The notes: generated by a model from the letters alone, not told the origin. Shown: positions 1 through 14,430, numbered from the stretch's first letter. The stretch is 64,000 nucleotides of DNA from Octopus sinensis (GCF_006345805.1 NC_042998.1:13640001-13704000); one strand, 5' to 3'. A program made the numbers and translations.

Positions 1-180
1 TATATATGTATATGTATGTATATATGTATATGTATGTATATATATGTATATGTATGTATATATGTATATGTATGTATATATATATATATATGTATATGTA
101 TGTATATATATATATGTATATGTATATGTATATATATATATATGTATATATATGTATATATGTATATATATATATGTATT

Positions 181-220
<40 letters not shown>

Positions 221-240
221 TTATTTATTTATTTATATAC
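1..240. repeat. (TA)n/(TATATG)n microsatellite
   Basis: Direct reading; the ORFs 6..191, 16..324 and 44..244 are translations of this repeat. Confidence 0.97.
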
Positions 241-1300
241 ATAACTCACGTACATATATGTATATATGTATGTATAATATTTATATATGTATGTTACAAA
301 AAGGATGAATGCATCTGTTTCTAAGACGTTCATTCACACGACAATTTGGGAACGGTGAGATATTGTATTGGAAAATAACTTCATCCCAGAAATTATGATT
401 ATAAAAATATCACCCGCAAAATTATAAGCGGACTCTCAGGCAACGATGTTTTTCAGCTCAATTTTCCCCCACATTGTGACAGATATAGCTCTGAGTCTTC
501 TGCTCTGAGACAGAAACTAAGCATTTGCTGATGCGTGTTAACAATAGATAATCTAGGTTTGCAAGCGAATTTGTACAAGAAGCGGCAATGCAAAACTAAT
601 GGTATGCAACGTTATTTATAACACGTCATTGCATACTCTAAATTGAAAATTGCACGTTCGAATGTACAAGAACTTATAGAAATAAGCACATCATTATTTT
701 CGGATTCATTCTTAAGAATACAGTTAGTGGTGTGTGTATATATATATATGATTCATAAAGAATCAAGACATATGAACTTGCAGTACGCCGCTTACTGGTC
801 GGACTGAATTACGCTGGACAGATATTAAAATAATCCACTACCAGTTTACAGCACCGTTGATGTTATCCTCTCATTTTATCAGGAATTCATTTTTCTTTTT
901 ATCAGGAATTCGAAGAAGAGTGGAAAGCTTGACGTGCCGTGAAGCAATAACAGTGAGAAATTTAAACGAATGGTATTTAATTTTGTAACATATGTTTTTC
1001 TGAAAAACTTTGTTACACGTTATCAAAATACATTATAATAGATAACATCATACATTATTCAATTCCGCATGCACATCAAGCATTAATTAAAATATAGTAA
1101 AATTGTGATTGTGTGATCAAAAGAACGTTTTGCGAGTCTTTGTTTTTTTTTTCTTTTCATTTCTCTTTTAAATAATTTGTGACGCGCATTGAAATACCAT
1201 AATCTATGTGGTTACCCATAATATTGTGTTACGCTCATATAAAATATATATATTCCCCGAGAAACACTTGTCCCAAAACATAAAACGTTCAGTTGATTCT

Positions 1301-1339
<39 letters not shown>

Positions 1340-1341
<2 letters not shown>

Positions 1342-1533
1342 TACAAGAGTGGCTGTAGAGTGAGAAGATTGCTTCCCAACCACAGGGTTCCGGGTTCAGT
1401 CCTACTCCGTGCCACCTTGGGCAAATGTCTTATGGTATGGCCTCGGGCCGACCAAAGCCTTGTGAAGGGATTTGGTGGACGAAAACTGAAAGAAGCCCAT
1501 CGTATATACATATCTATATGTGTGTGTATGTGT
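1340..1533 (+). mobile_element. tRNA-derived SINE family A, 5' half
   Basis: A-box-like GTGGCTGTAGAGTGAG, B-box-like GGGTTCAGTCC, then CCTTGGGCAA...GGGCCGACCAAAGCCTTGTG; matches the other family A copies. Confidence 0.9.
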
Positions 1534-2622
1534 GAATCGTTTTATAGTACTTGAAGTTATGTATTAGAACACTGAATGCTGGATAGGTTTGCCTTCAACG
1601 TTCCTGTCAAATACACACACAATTCTACATGGTCAGACATATATCGTAGCATACGAGAACCGTGTGGTACGAGCACATAACTGAGTTTCACTTGATGTTA
1701 ATGAATTGCGCTTCCTTAGTCGCATACCTCCCCTTACATCTTACCAGCTATAACTCACTCACAAAGATATATCGAATAAGTGATTTTTTAGTGACTAACG
1801 TCTCACGCAGCCTGTTGGCTTGTTCAAAAATGCCGGATCTTTGTGACATCAGAGGCATGAAAATCAATTATTTTATATCTCTTTTGCAGTCAAAATAAGC
1901 AGCTGTTTGGCAAATGGAGGCCAGCAACCGATAGTGCGCAGTACGCTGAAATCACGTCATCTCTGGCAATTCCGATTCTCATGCAAGACAATTCTCTTTC
2001 TGCTACATAATATGTCTGTATACTTAGCTCCGTAGTCTATATGAAATGACACTTGGAAGTGAATAGTCTTTGGCATTATGATAATAAATCCACGTTAAGT
2101 AGAGTGAAGAGGTTGTCTTGTCGCCATTATTAATATTTATGAATATACATACATGCATTCGTATACACATGTATCCAAACACGCGCGATCCTGCGAGTAC
2201 ACACTCACTCATTAACATATACGTGAACACACATACATTTATTCTTGCATGTAGATATATATACACATATACATATGTATATATATGGGGGGGGGGGTCG
2301 TGCCTACGTATATACAAATCATGCGTGCAAGACAGATCTGAAAGAAGTGTAATTGATATTTTAAATGGTGTTACAAAGAAAATAGTTGTATCTACCAATT
2401 TCTTTCGTTCAAATTTTGACATATTTCCACTACAGGTACTAAAGCAATCGCCATGTAGAGAAGGAAACATGAAACTCTAGAAATTAGGACAATGAAAAAT
2501 TGACATGCAAAGAATAATGGAGTAAGCCGAAAATCCTGGAATATATAAACTTAAATAGTTTAAAGTGACTCAACTTAAATCGACCGTTACTATCATAGGT
2601 CTCTCAATATATATTCCTAAGT

Positions 2623-3287
2623 AAGGCAGTGAGCTGGCAGAAATAATAGCATGCCGGGCGAAATGTTTAACGGTATTTCGTCTGTTTTACGTTCTGTGTT
2701 CGAATTCAGCCGAGGTCGGCTATGCCTTTCATCCTTTCGCGGTCGGTTAAATAAGTACCATTTACGCACTGGGGTCGCTATAATCGACTTAATCCGTTTG
2801 TCTTTTCTTGTTTGACCTCTCTGTGTTTATCCCTTTGTGGGTAGTAAAGAAACAGGTATTTCGTCTGCCGAAGGTCGCGAGCTGGCAGAAACGTTAAAAC
2901 GCCGGGCGAAATGCGTAGCTGTATTTCGTCTGTCGTTACGTCATGAGTTCAAATGCCGCCGAGGTCGACTTTGCCTTTCATCCTTTAAGCGTCGATAAAT
3001 TAAGTACCAGTTACGCACCGAGGTCGAACTAATCTACTTAATCCGTTTTTCTGTCCCTTGTTTGTCGTCTCTGTGTTTAGCCCCTTGTGGGTAGTAAAGA
3101 AACAGGTATTTCTTCTGTCGTTACGTTCTGAGTTCAAATTCCGCCGAGGTCGACCTTGCTTTTCATCTTTTCGGAGTCGATTAAATAAGTACCAGTTACG
3201 CACTGGAGTCGATGTAATCGACTTAATCCATTTGTCTGTCCTTGTTTTTCCCCTGTCTGCTTAGCCCTTTGTAGGAGGTAAAAATAT
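2623..3287 (+). mobile_element. tRNA-derived SINE family B, three head-to-tail copies (2623-2870, 2871-3105, 3106-3287)
   Basis: Repeated AAGGC..GAGCTGGCAGAA head, GAGTTCAAAT B-box and GCCGAGGTCGACTTTGCCTTTCATCCTTT..GGTCGATAAATAAGTACCAG core. Confidence 0.92.
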
Positions 3288-4699
3288 ATATATAGCTACT
3301 TAAGAAATTGAAGATCATGATTATAACGTCTTATGAATCAGTGATGTAATACGAGGCCAAATGCAAAACGAGCATTGACTTTAGCTGAAAGAAGTGCTGT
3401 ATCATTGATTGTTCAATAGAAAACTTGCAAAACTCACAATGAATGGAACTTTAAGCATTTCGCAAAGGCATTGCAACTGCATTTAAATCAATAAAAATTT
3501 CGAAAGAAACGATGCTAATTAATCTAGATATAAAGAAGTAAATCTCATCCTTAAGATTCATATACATATGAAACTTTGTGGTGTGAACTATCATCGTTAA
3601 TCCCTTAAATTATTGAAGGGGGGAGTTGATTCCTAATATAAACACGCTTGTGTTTTGGTTAGGGATTAACCGATGTCTCGCACACAGCTTCAATTAAAAT
3701 ACCTATATATTCATACATACAAACATACATAAATGCGAGCGTTTCTCTCTCTAGGCATATATGCATGTACATGATTTTTGATAATGCTCAATATTATGAT
3801 TGACAATATTGTATATGCTCCATGAAGATAAAAAGGGAATAACAAAGAGTTGTGCATTTTCATCAGGAAACTTCGCTTTATATCTTTGATGGAACATGCA
3901 AGTGAGTTCAATGCTCCAGCGTCATCGGAGGATGAAATTTATGAGTAAAAGAGAATAATCGATTAATTTATATTTATTTTTAGAAATCTGGGAAGAAAAA
4001 GGAAGTTGATTGCATTTTGTTTTTAGTATTATGCATACTGTTATTTTAAGATTGGATATTGAATAATGATTCTTTAATATATATTGTCTTTTTTATTTCT
4101 CTTGGTGAGGTGGGGTAGTGTGGGGGAGAATATCAAGATTATACGGATGCTTTGGTAATGTCAACATAACCAGAATTTTATCTCAGGAATTATCATTGTA
4201 CGAAAACTGGAAAAAAAAAATTTCTGTACAGAAAAAATAAAAAAACATAGCCGTAAGATGTTACCTAGGATAATGAAGCGGAAAGAATAGAATAATACGA
4301 TATATAGTAAATAAAGGTTGGATGTGTTTATTACCTGGCATCTGTTAAAAATGCCTTCTATTCTAATTTGGGATACTGAGACGGTAAAACAGGTATTCCA
4401 ATAATAAAGAACAGGAGGGGGTTCTTTCTCACTCTTCTATCATAAAAGCTACCTATTTTCATTACATTAATTAAGAAATAAGGAATTTCAAAAGCATGCC
4501 TACAGGAAATCTAAATAATTTTCTGGATCTTTTATTATTCCGTGTACTTTTATGCTGCACCGGAAATCTGCATAAATATATATATATATGCATATATGTA
4601 TATATGCATGTATGCATCTACCTGTGTGTGTGTATCGGTTTGCGTGCGTATTTGCAATTCGTTGTACGTACATGTATATATATATGTATATATATATAA

Positions 4700-4755
<56 letters not shown>

Positions 4756-4757
4756 CC

Positions 4758-4789
<32 letters not shown>

Positions 4790-5209
4790 TAAAGCATAAT
4801 CTCAGGAACTATGAGAAGTGAGTATAGAATATTTTTAACTACTTCGCTTCCATAGGATTACTGCTGTTTCAAAATATTCTTCTTGTAATATTAATTTCAG
4901 TTTGCAAGGAATTATACATCTATCATTTTAAAAAAGCACCATATTCAGAAATTAAAAGAAATAAGGAAGGTTAGCCCATCAGATCACCCGAAAATTATGG
5001 TTACAGCAACATTTCGTCTATAAATATACACATAAAATTCATAATTTTACTCACTATATTTAGAATGCAAGGAATGCCAGTAAGGATCTTTGTGTTTGTG
5101 CATAAGTATGAGAGAGTGTGTTTGTGTGCGCGTGTATATGTATATATGCATATACCTATGTATTTTCGTATGAGGAGAATGCAAGAATTATTAAAGTTTA
5201 TACATAACA

Positions 5210-5628
5210 GGCGCAGGAGTGGCTGTGTGGTAAGTAGCTTGTTTACCAACCACACGGTTCCGGGTTCAGTCCCACTGCGTGGCACCTGGGCAAGTGTCTT
5301 CTACTATAGCTTCGGGCCGACCGATGTCTTGTGAGTGGATTTGGTAGACGGAAACTGAAAGAAGCCCGTAGTATATATGTATATATATGTATGTGCGTGT
5401 ATGTTTGTGTGTCTGTGTCTGTCGCCCTAGCATTGCTTGTCAACCGATGCTGGTGTGTTTATGTCCCCGTCACATAGCGGTTCGGCAAAAGAGACCGACA
5501 GAATAAGTACTGGGCTGACAAAGAATAAGTCCTGGGGTCGAGTTGCTCGATTAAAGGCGGTGCTGCAGCATGGCCGCAATCAAAATGACTGAAACAAGTA
5601 AAAAGAAAAAGAAAGAAAAAGAAAAAGA
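5210..5628 (+). mobile_element. SINE family A, full length with internal (TA)/(TG) microsatellite
   Basis: GGCGCAGGAGTGGCTGTGTGGTAAG head, GGGTTCAGTCCC B-box, 3' GACTGAAACAAGTAAAAAG tail. Confidence 0.95.
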
Positions 5629-8347
5629 ATTGCTCAGTGATTGATATTTCATTATGATACAAAATATCTTCACATATGTTGTTTGATATTATACATTTAT
5701 TATAGAGTATTGTCTTGTGTTTCCACCTTTTCATTATCTTGAAGTATGCAACACTTAGCGTGACTTTTTAATGAAATTCCATTTGTTCATTCTAAGTTTT
5801 CGCTCTGATTTCTAGTTCTGTCTACAATCCGACGTTAAACAAAACGAAAAACAAATGCATTATAATAGATATTTCATTCACCTACAACGCTAGCTTATCT
5901 ACATTGATCATGTCATATTTATAATAGTAAGCCTTTCATACACGTTTGCCAATAGTCTGTGAAATATATCTTAAATCGCAGATTATTTCAGTAAATGTTC
6001 AGACAGCGAATATGATCAACGGTTTTAAGCAATAATGCTTGAAGTCTTAAAATTATTCGACCTAGATTTTCGGAATTATCGGTAATCCTCCGAATAATGA
6101 ATTGGCACACAGTAAGTTACTGCTATTATCAAAGACAGGTCATGTTTTTCATCCTTACTTCTTTATCTATTGATCTCAAAATAGGTTTAAAAACTTCATG
6201 TTATATTCGATTATTGACAAACGTGATCGTTACATTTTCTACTGTCTTACCACAAAAATTGATTTTTTACTCGCATTGAATTAATCTTGTGAAGAAGAAA
6301 ATCTAAAACCAGAACATTGTCCGAATTAAATATAGAAAATATACTTCTTTTGCACACAAGTATTTCATATACTATTATTTTATAAATTCTTTATGGACTC
6401 TAATCATATTTGAACCATATTATTATTTCATTGGTAAACTTCACTTATTTCGAAATACTTAGGCTGAAAATGCCTATCATTCCCATTCGAAACCTAGAGA
6501 GGCGTGGAAGAAACAAACAGACGTTATTTTTTTGCTATATAACACATGTACAGTACTGTTGGTGAAACATCAAGTACAAATGAACACCTGTAGACAATGA
6601 TTTATTTTGTAAATTAACCCATATAAAATATTTATCCCAGAAAGCGTTTATAGCATAACTCTTTGTTGCCGTTCATGAATTTGGACCCGGAGATCTCCAA
6701 TTCCAGCGACTTCTAGGGCCACCTCCCAGTGGTGTCGGACGTCAACGAAGACTCCTCGACTACAACAAGACGACCAAAATTTTTTTTCCAAGGTCTGGGG
6801 TCTCCCGCCCCTAAGCCCTAGACCATCACATAATCATCCTTACCTGTCATTTTGCTTAACAACAACACCAGTAACTCTTTGTTTATGTTTAAATTCTGGC
6901 CACGAAGTGAATTTTCTCGTCAGCCAAATGTAACTCATATAAATTAGATGTATGTTAGCGAGACTATTATTTACGAATGCATAAATTTCAAACGGGAATA
7001 TGGGAGATATAGTAAAACTGAAATATAATGTAATACATGAATTAACAGTTAAGACTTTGAAAGTGGAAGTCTCTTATGACATATCAGAGCAAAGACTTTA
7101 AGAAAGAAAGCCCCATGACAAACTAATATTTCATGACAGATCAGTATACAAATGTGACTTGCTATTTTAATATAGGTATAAAGTATGACAGCCACACTAA
7201 ATCTTTGTTCAATTTATAATATAAAAGTAAACGAAAGAGGAGGCAGAAAAGCAACGTATCCACCTCCAGATACTTAAATATGTTACGAACACCTCGCTCC
7301 AAGGTATAACCATATATGACATATACATGTGGGAGTATTCATGAAGTATTTATTTCGGATTGTTTTCCTCTGCAGCATTCATTAAGTTGTACCTTTACAA
7401 AAGCGTATATCTACACATCAGTTATATCTGGGTCCTAAGCGAATGGCATATGCAGGTTTGGAGTGACATATGAAATGCTGAAGATAAAGATAGTAAGGTG
7501 TGAATTGTTTTATATTAAACCAAATTTTAAACATACAGACCAGAACAACCCACATTGTTACCCTTATGAGAGCGAATGGGTTTATGGTATGGACAGAGGA
7601 AGAGAAAGGGAAAGAGAAGAGAGTAAGAGAGAGTGCGTGTGTGTGTTTTTGATAAAGAGAGAGAATGGGAGAGTCGACTTTCATCATGAAACATTAGAAA
7701 GAGATCGGCAGGTCACTGAAATTATCTACTTTGCTAGGAAAATTCACTCAACCAAATTTACGGACAGAGTCAATGATTTCGGTGACTAGTTTACGCTTTA
7801 TAGTGATCTGTCTCAGTTCAGTTAAGAAAAGGACACGTTCTATGCAGCCTGGATGAATTAAAACACTTGTTCAAACTGTGCGTGTGTTATCTAGCACTTC
7901 AACAAAGGAATGTTGTTTCTCTTATTCACACAAACCAAAATTTCCTTTTGTTCCTTGGACTTTAGTTGAAATGTATTCGACTAGTGCTAAGCTTGCATTT
8001 TTAACATCCATCCGTGACTCACAAATGGCAGGTATAGAAACTGTATCTCAACAGAGAAGCATTTACACTCACTGCTCGCTTTGCATTTAACTGTGCATTA
8101 TTGCATGTACTAAGTAAATCTCATATCATGTGTGATTCTCTCAACCAAAATACACACACACACTCACTCACTCATGCACACACGTCTGCATACATACGTA
8201 TATATCTTTTCAGTTCGCTTTTGTATAAGCATATAAAAGTTCCTATTTTACCATGTCCGCCACGGTCTAGTGGATCCAACATGCGACAGCAGATTTATGG
8301 GAACGTACCGCGTTGTGCCGATACATCCATCACTCCATCCATCCTCC

Positions 8348-8622
8348 ATACATACATACATACATATATACAAACATACAAACATACATACATACATACA
8401 TACATACATACATACATACAAACATACATACATCCATACATATATACATACATGCATACATACACACATACAAACATACATACATACATAAATATTTATA
8501 TACATACATACATACATAAAAATATATATACATACATACATACAAATATACATACATATATAAATACATACATACATACATACATACATACATACATACT
8601 ACATACATACATACATACATAC
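8348..8622. repeat. (ATAC)n microsatellite
   Basis: Direct reading. Confidence 0.97.
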
Positions 8623-10533
8623 AAAGATATCCGTAGGAATTAATGCCTTGATGTATACATCAAAGCATGCCATAACCAGCAGGTATTCACACACTGGAAA
8701 ACAAGAAATACTGGTGGCATAATCTAATAATAATAATATCCTTTTCTACTCTACGCACAAGGCTCGTAACTGGTACTTATAATGGCATAGATTTCGCTCA
8801 TCAGCAGTATTTTCATTAAAATTTTAACTTTGAGCGAAGAATAGAAATTCGAAGTTGATATATCTCTACACTAAAATACCCTTTTCTGTACACACCATTC
8901 ATAAATATTTATTGAAGAAAAATGTGTGATATATGAATTTGGAATTCATCTCTCACTCAAACCACTTTTCAAAATTATAAAAAAAACTCACTTTTCCCCT
9001 CAAAGTTACATATAGGTAATAAGAATTCATCGAACGCTCTAGTTTTTATGTAACATACTGTAATTTTGCTATACTATGTATATAAAGAGAGGCTGAGTAA
9101 GAACTGACCGGAAATTTTTTAACTCCATCCTAAGGAATTTGATATCCAATATATTCGAACATGAGTAAACTGGGAGGTGATGCAGTTATATTATTTTGGC
9201 TCAGAAGCTTTTAACTTTCGCTCGGGATTAAATACCCATGAAATATAATCCACGTAATACTGTCTCTTCCTTTGGCTCATGCCCAATTATTCTGTCGGAG
9301 AGAGTTCGGTGAATCGATATCATTATATTACACATGAACATTTTAATGACAACAATGTTGTGAATCTCGACATGTTTTAAAAAATGAATTGAAAATGAAT
9401 TTGGAGAAAAGGACCTACAAGTCTCACAGCTTTAGAGAGGCATTCAACTGGTTTTGCCAGCATCGCCACTTTAAAATCGTTATTATATTCAATTTTTTCG
9501 TAGGAAAAATGCCAAATTTGAACGAGGATGCAATATAGTTTCGAGATTTCATGCCAGTATATTATTGCATTTATCGACCGGAGTAAAACCGAAATGAAAA
9601 GTAGATCATTGTGGTAATTCAACTTAGCAGTGATAGAAAGATGAAACCAAATATTGAAACGCAATTAATCCGGAGCCTCACTTTCTTCATCATATCAACC
9701 AACGTTCTAGTCATTATAATACTATGAATAGACTAGAAATACTTGAATTATACACATGTAACTGAGTATCAATTTCTGGACATTTTGACAACTGCAGTCA
9801 TGGCTATTAGTCTCGGATTTCCGTCGCAAATACCCTATAGCAGATGTACAGATATTTCGAAATAATTCACTCAATATATGAAATGCCTTCTGACCAGAGC
9901 AAGAAACTAACGTACAAACCTTCAAGTTATGATCACCATTAACTCCATTTGCTACGCTTCTGATTATTACAATAATTTCCATCGCTGGAAACAAATGTTG
10001 CATGCATCAATAACAAATATTGATTGGCTATATAGTCGCATAAGTTTTATAGGGATAAAATAATGTGAAATTTTCTTTCCTAAGGATATTCGTGGCATAA
10101 GAGAAATGCTACTTCGCTTCATTAAATGTTACATTTAGTACGTTGTTTTTGCAATGAAATATTAAATTCGCATATCGGTAAAAGCCAATAAATGTGTCTA
10201 AAGGAGAAAATGAGATGCAATATATGATTTCCTTCCTTCAGACGATTATCGAAATAATCTTAAGAACTTTAGTCGCCAGTGTATGAACGCTTCTGTTTGA
10301 TACATTGATATGCAAGTGGATACGTACATATCTGTATATGTACATGCATGTATATATATATATATACCTATAGATATATGTGTGTGTGTGTTGGTGCGTC
10401 TTTTCTGATTGTGTCTGTGTATTTTCTGCGTGTGTATGTGTATATGCATATGTATCTTTATCTATATGCATGTGTGTATTTATATGTACGTGTATAAGAT
10501 TGACTGTTGATACACATACTGACACTCCTCCAC

Positions 10534-10832
<299 letters not shown>

Positions 10833-11692
10833 GAATCTAGGCCGTCAGATGACTGCTAAGAAGTTTTCTCTATCATAATACCTTGCCAACCTGCCAAACA
10901 CCACTCCTTCTTAAATTGCGGTGTTTCTTTAACTAGTTTAATCATCATTCTGTACTCTCAATTACAAGCTTCTTCCATTTCACACCGATATCCTTGTGAC
11001 CTTTCTGCTACATTTATGAAAAATATGCCGAGTACAAATTTCTCTGATTAAATGTAATATGCATGTAATAGAATGTCGTTTTATCAACATATGACATATC
11101 ACAAATATCTGATTGGAAGGCTAAATTTGGTATCCCGCAGCCCGTGATTACTACTACGTCGTTCATTAGATTGGACACGATGGTTGATTGATCAAGTGTG
11201 GTAGATATCATCCAAATTATCACCAACTTTTTAAAGTTGTTTACAAAATACTACATATTCAGGAGACGTAACTTTCTAAAATCATTTACAATGCTTGCTA
11301 CAGAAGATTATGGAAAAGATGATGCTAATTATGCACCAGAGTCGAACAGTATAAATATAAAAAATAACAAAAACAGAAAACATACATTGGTGTAGAAGCT
11401 AAGTGAATAGTGGATGTGTATATCTTGTTTAAATTGGAGAATAGGACAAATTTTAGGGAATGATAATACAATTAAAATTCCTATATAAATTCTATAGATA
11501 TCCGTTTGTATCTAAGGATCTAGTTTTTCTCATTCGCAAAATGAGCGCCCCTAAATTAGGCTCAGATTGCGATCAATTTTGGTTTATCGATGCAACTCTG
11601 AATTTTGATTACGATTAACCAATAATTTTATCTTGTAAATTAAAGAATCTGATGTTATTTGGAACTAAAGTTGCGGAATTTTGGGTAATTTT

Positions 11693-11740
11693 AGCCAATC
11701 AACAGACAGCGTGGCATTAGCACCTTGTTACCATGACAAC
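11693..11740. promoter_or_regulatory. Possible promoter: CCAAT box plus RFX X-box-like motif
   Basis: AGCCAATC at 11693-11700 and GTTACCATGACAAC at 11727-11740 (fits GTNRCC-AT-RRNAAC), within a locally GC-richer non-repetitive patch. Confidence 0.4.
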
Positions 11741-13132
11741 CGCACGCTGCGTTGTGGTTCACTATAGTCTTTGCGCTGTTGTCTATGTTGGTTGTTCATA
11801 TTTTGTATTTTTACATATTTTTCATTCCATATATCTTTGACACTTATTAACTCAGATAACTGGATTTCTGATTTCACTAGGTTAATTCTATTCGTAAAAG
11901 TTTTAATTAGGAGTATTTCTTAAATACTTGTTAGCTTCACATTTCAACAGCTTAACTGAAATTTAGCCCACGTAACAGGAAAGGAGAAGGATATCGTGGA
12001 ACAGAGAAACTGTGGGTGATACAGATAATTTGATATTATTTTTGAATTCTGCATGCAAAAAACATATACGATGAAGAATATACGATTACTTCGTCAGAAG
12101 TAGCCTCATGCCTATGACGTTTTCAAGTCGCTGATATAGATTCCGATGGAAGGAGAAGGGTATTTTTGTGGCGGAGGCCAGTTAGAACTGTTTGTGATGG
12201 ACATAGCACTTTTTCAATCTCTAATGTATCAGAAGATTTTATTAGCTGTGACAGGAAATCTATATTTCAAGAACATGGAATGTAAACGAAAACTAAGTTA
12301 TACTTTTGTTCCATTCTTTCACCCCGATTTACAGGATTGATTTATATGTGCAACTCTCTAATATGTATATATTTTAAACATTTTACAGAATGTAAAATCA
12401 TTTTTGCAATTGTACTTGCCATCATAAATACACTTCGGGTGTGATCGCCTACTATTTTCCACAGCTCCAGCGGAAGTGCGAACATTACTCGGTGAGACGA
12501 ATTTTCTATGTTGTTCTTGATCGGTATGGATAGCTGTAGCGTTTCAGACTTACCGAATCGAATATAATATAATTCATGATTAAATATATATTGAAGCTAT
12601 GATAGAGAGCACCATTCATTCAGGTATCATTCCTCGAACAATTATTCTTCCTCATATACGTCTGATTTTAAGTCGGTAGGATTTGCTTTGAGACATATGA
12701 AACTACGAAGAATTGCAGGCTGCTGAATTCATAAAGCTGTTATAATAATAAGCAAAGCACATTAGTGGCGAAACAGTAATAATAAATATATTTGCGATTG
12801 CATATACTTTTTGATGGACTACAAACCGTTAATGGATACAGATTGGTTACTAGGCCCATAGATCACACGAAATACTTCGCATAATTACTAGCGACTTACT
12901 AGATTCAGCAAAGCATATCACTGATGATATGAATATAGCTTTTTTGTTAATTTTATTACTTGCAAGTGCGGAAATGAAATGTCTTTTTCTCACTAGACAA
13001 TTAGATGTATCATTAGTCGGCTCGTATATTAAGTAATTAGTCTAGATAGGCAATGTAATACTAACTGAAACACTACAGTGTGTTATCAGCTCTGTTAATT
13101 GTTTTGAAGAATAGGCCCAACCATTACTACTT

Positions 13133-13450
13133 GATTTCATAAAATTTGTAATATAGACAGTACAAAGTGTGTGTAGCTTTGCGGGTTGGACAAACACATT
13201 AATGAATGAAAAGGAAATAAAATGAATAAATGACAGACGAAACCAAACACCCGCCGGTTGGATTTTTCTCGAAAACATATTTTCTCTTTTAAAAAATCAG
13301 TATGAGGTTTCAAACCTCTTACAAGAAGGAGGCACTAAAACCTCTTACTTAACATGTTTTTTTTTAAAAAAACACACAATTGAGGTTATAAGCCACTAGA
13401 ATTAATACAATATGATGAGGTTTCAAACCCTCTAACAAGGTTTTTTCACC
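13133..13450 (-). mobile_element. Diverged 3'-UTR-only copy of the ORF1-only element family at 30506-32611
   Basis: Colinear with 30506-30705: GTAGCTTTGCGGGTTGGACAAACACATTAATGAA vs TTAGCTTTGCGGGCTGGACGAGGACATTAATGAA; CACCCGCCG vs CGCCCGCCG; GAGGTTTCAAACCTCTTACA vs GAGGTATTAAACCTCTTACA. Confidence 0.75.
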
Positions 13451-13846
13451 TCCTACTCATCGATGTATCCATCGATATATTCCTCATTATTTTCAATGCC
13501 GCTTGAGTTCCTGTATCTACACCATTACTAATTGTTCTATATAGTTTGGTATTAGATATTTAACATTATTGTGATGCATACACACAAAAGCACAAACATA
13601 GAAACACAATTATATAATACCCCCCACAGATACAAATACATATACATACACATATTTTCTTGTATCCATACATATGCATGTGCGTGTGTAAATATATACA
13701 TACATATATAATTGAAACAATAATACTATTAGAATATGAATACCACACGATAGCACAAGGGGAAATACGAAGGTGGGCGAGGTTTATACTCTACTAGGTT
13801 TTTCACAGAATATACCATAACTACACACACTCACACACATACATAT

Positions 13847-13916
<70 letters not shown>

Positions 13917-14008
13917 ATACTAAGCATAAGGGTTTAGCAACGAGGGTGTGTATATATAGGTATATGTATAGGTATATATGTATATATATGTATATATGTA
14001 TATATATG

Positions 14009-14073
<65 letters not shown>

Positions 14074-14110
14074 TGTATGTAGTATGTATGTATGTATGTA
14101 AATATATATG

Positions 14111-14430
14111 TAAGGAGCGCTCCGTCGGTTACAACGATGAACGTGCCAGGTGATACGACCAACGGAACAGCTAGCTTGTGAGATTAACGTGCAAATGGCT
14201 GAGCATTGCACAGACACGTGTACCCTTAACGTAGTCCTCAGGGAGATTGAGCGTGCCACAGAGTGTGCGAAGGCTGGCCATTTGAAATACAGGTATTACT
14301 CATTTTCGCTAAGTGGACAGGAGCGACGTTAAATAGTGCCTTGCTCAATGACACAAACGGTCGCTGAGAATTGAACGCACGGCCTTACGATCGTGAACCG
14401 AATGCCCCAAACGGCTAAACCACGCGCCTT
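14111..14430 (-). mobile_element. tRNA-derived SINE family C
   Basis: Minus strand: AAGGCGCGTGGTTTAG A-box, GCGTTCAATTCTC B-box, then TGTGTCATTGAGCAAGGCAC core typical of conserved-domain SINEs. Confidence 0.85.

Noticed and set aside
3592-3675. 17-bp inverted repeat enclosing ~50 bp (possible MITE)
   Set aside because: Single copy in the window, imperfect, and no TSD identified.
6660-6935. GC-richer patch with an LFVAVHEFG (MMP-like) string and a minus-strand GTAAGG donor after a 30-codon open frame
   Set aside because: The HExxH motif is incomplete, there is a stop directly upstream, and nothing links this to other exons; not supportable without transcript data.
12046-12285. Plus-strand frame with an internal TGA (SCL*RFQVADID...) as a possible selenoprotein
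   Set aside because: No start codon or splice acceptor in frame, no recognisable homology, and no SECIS.
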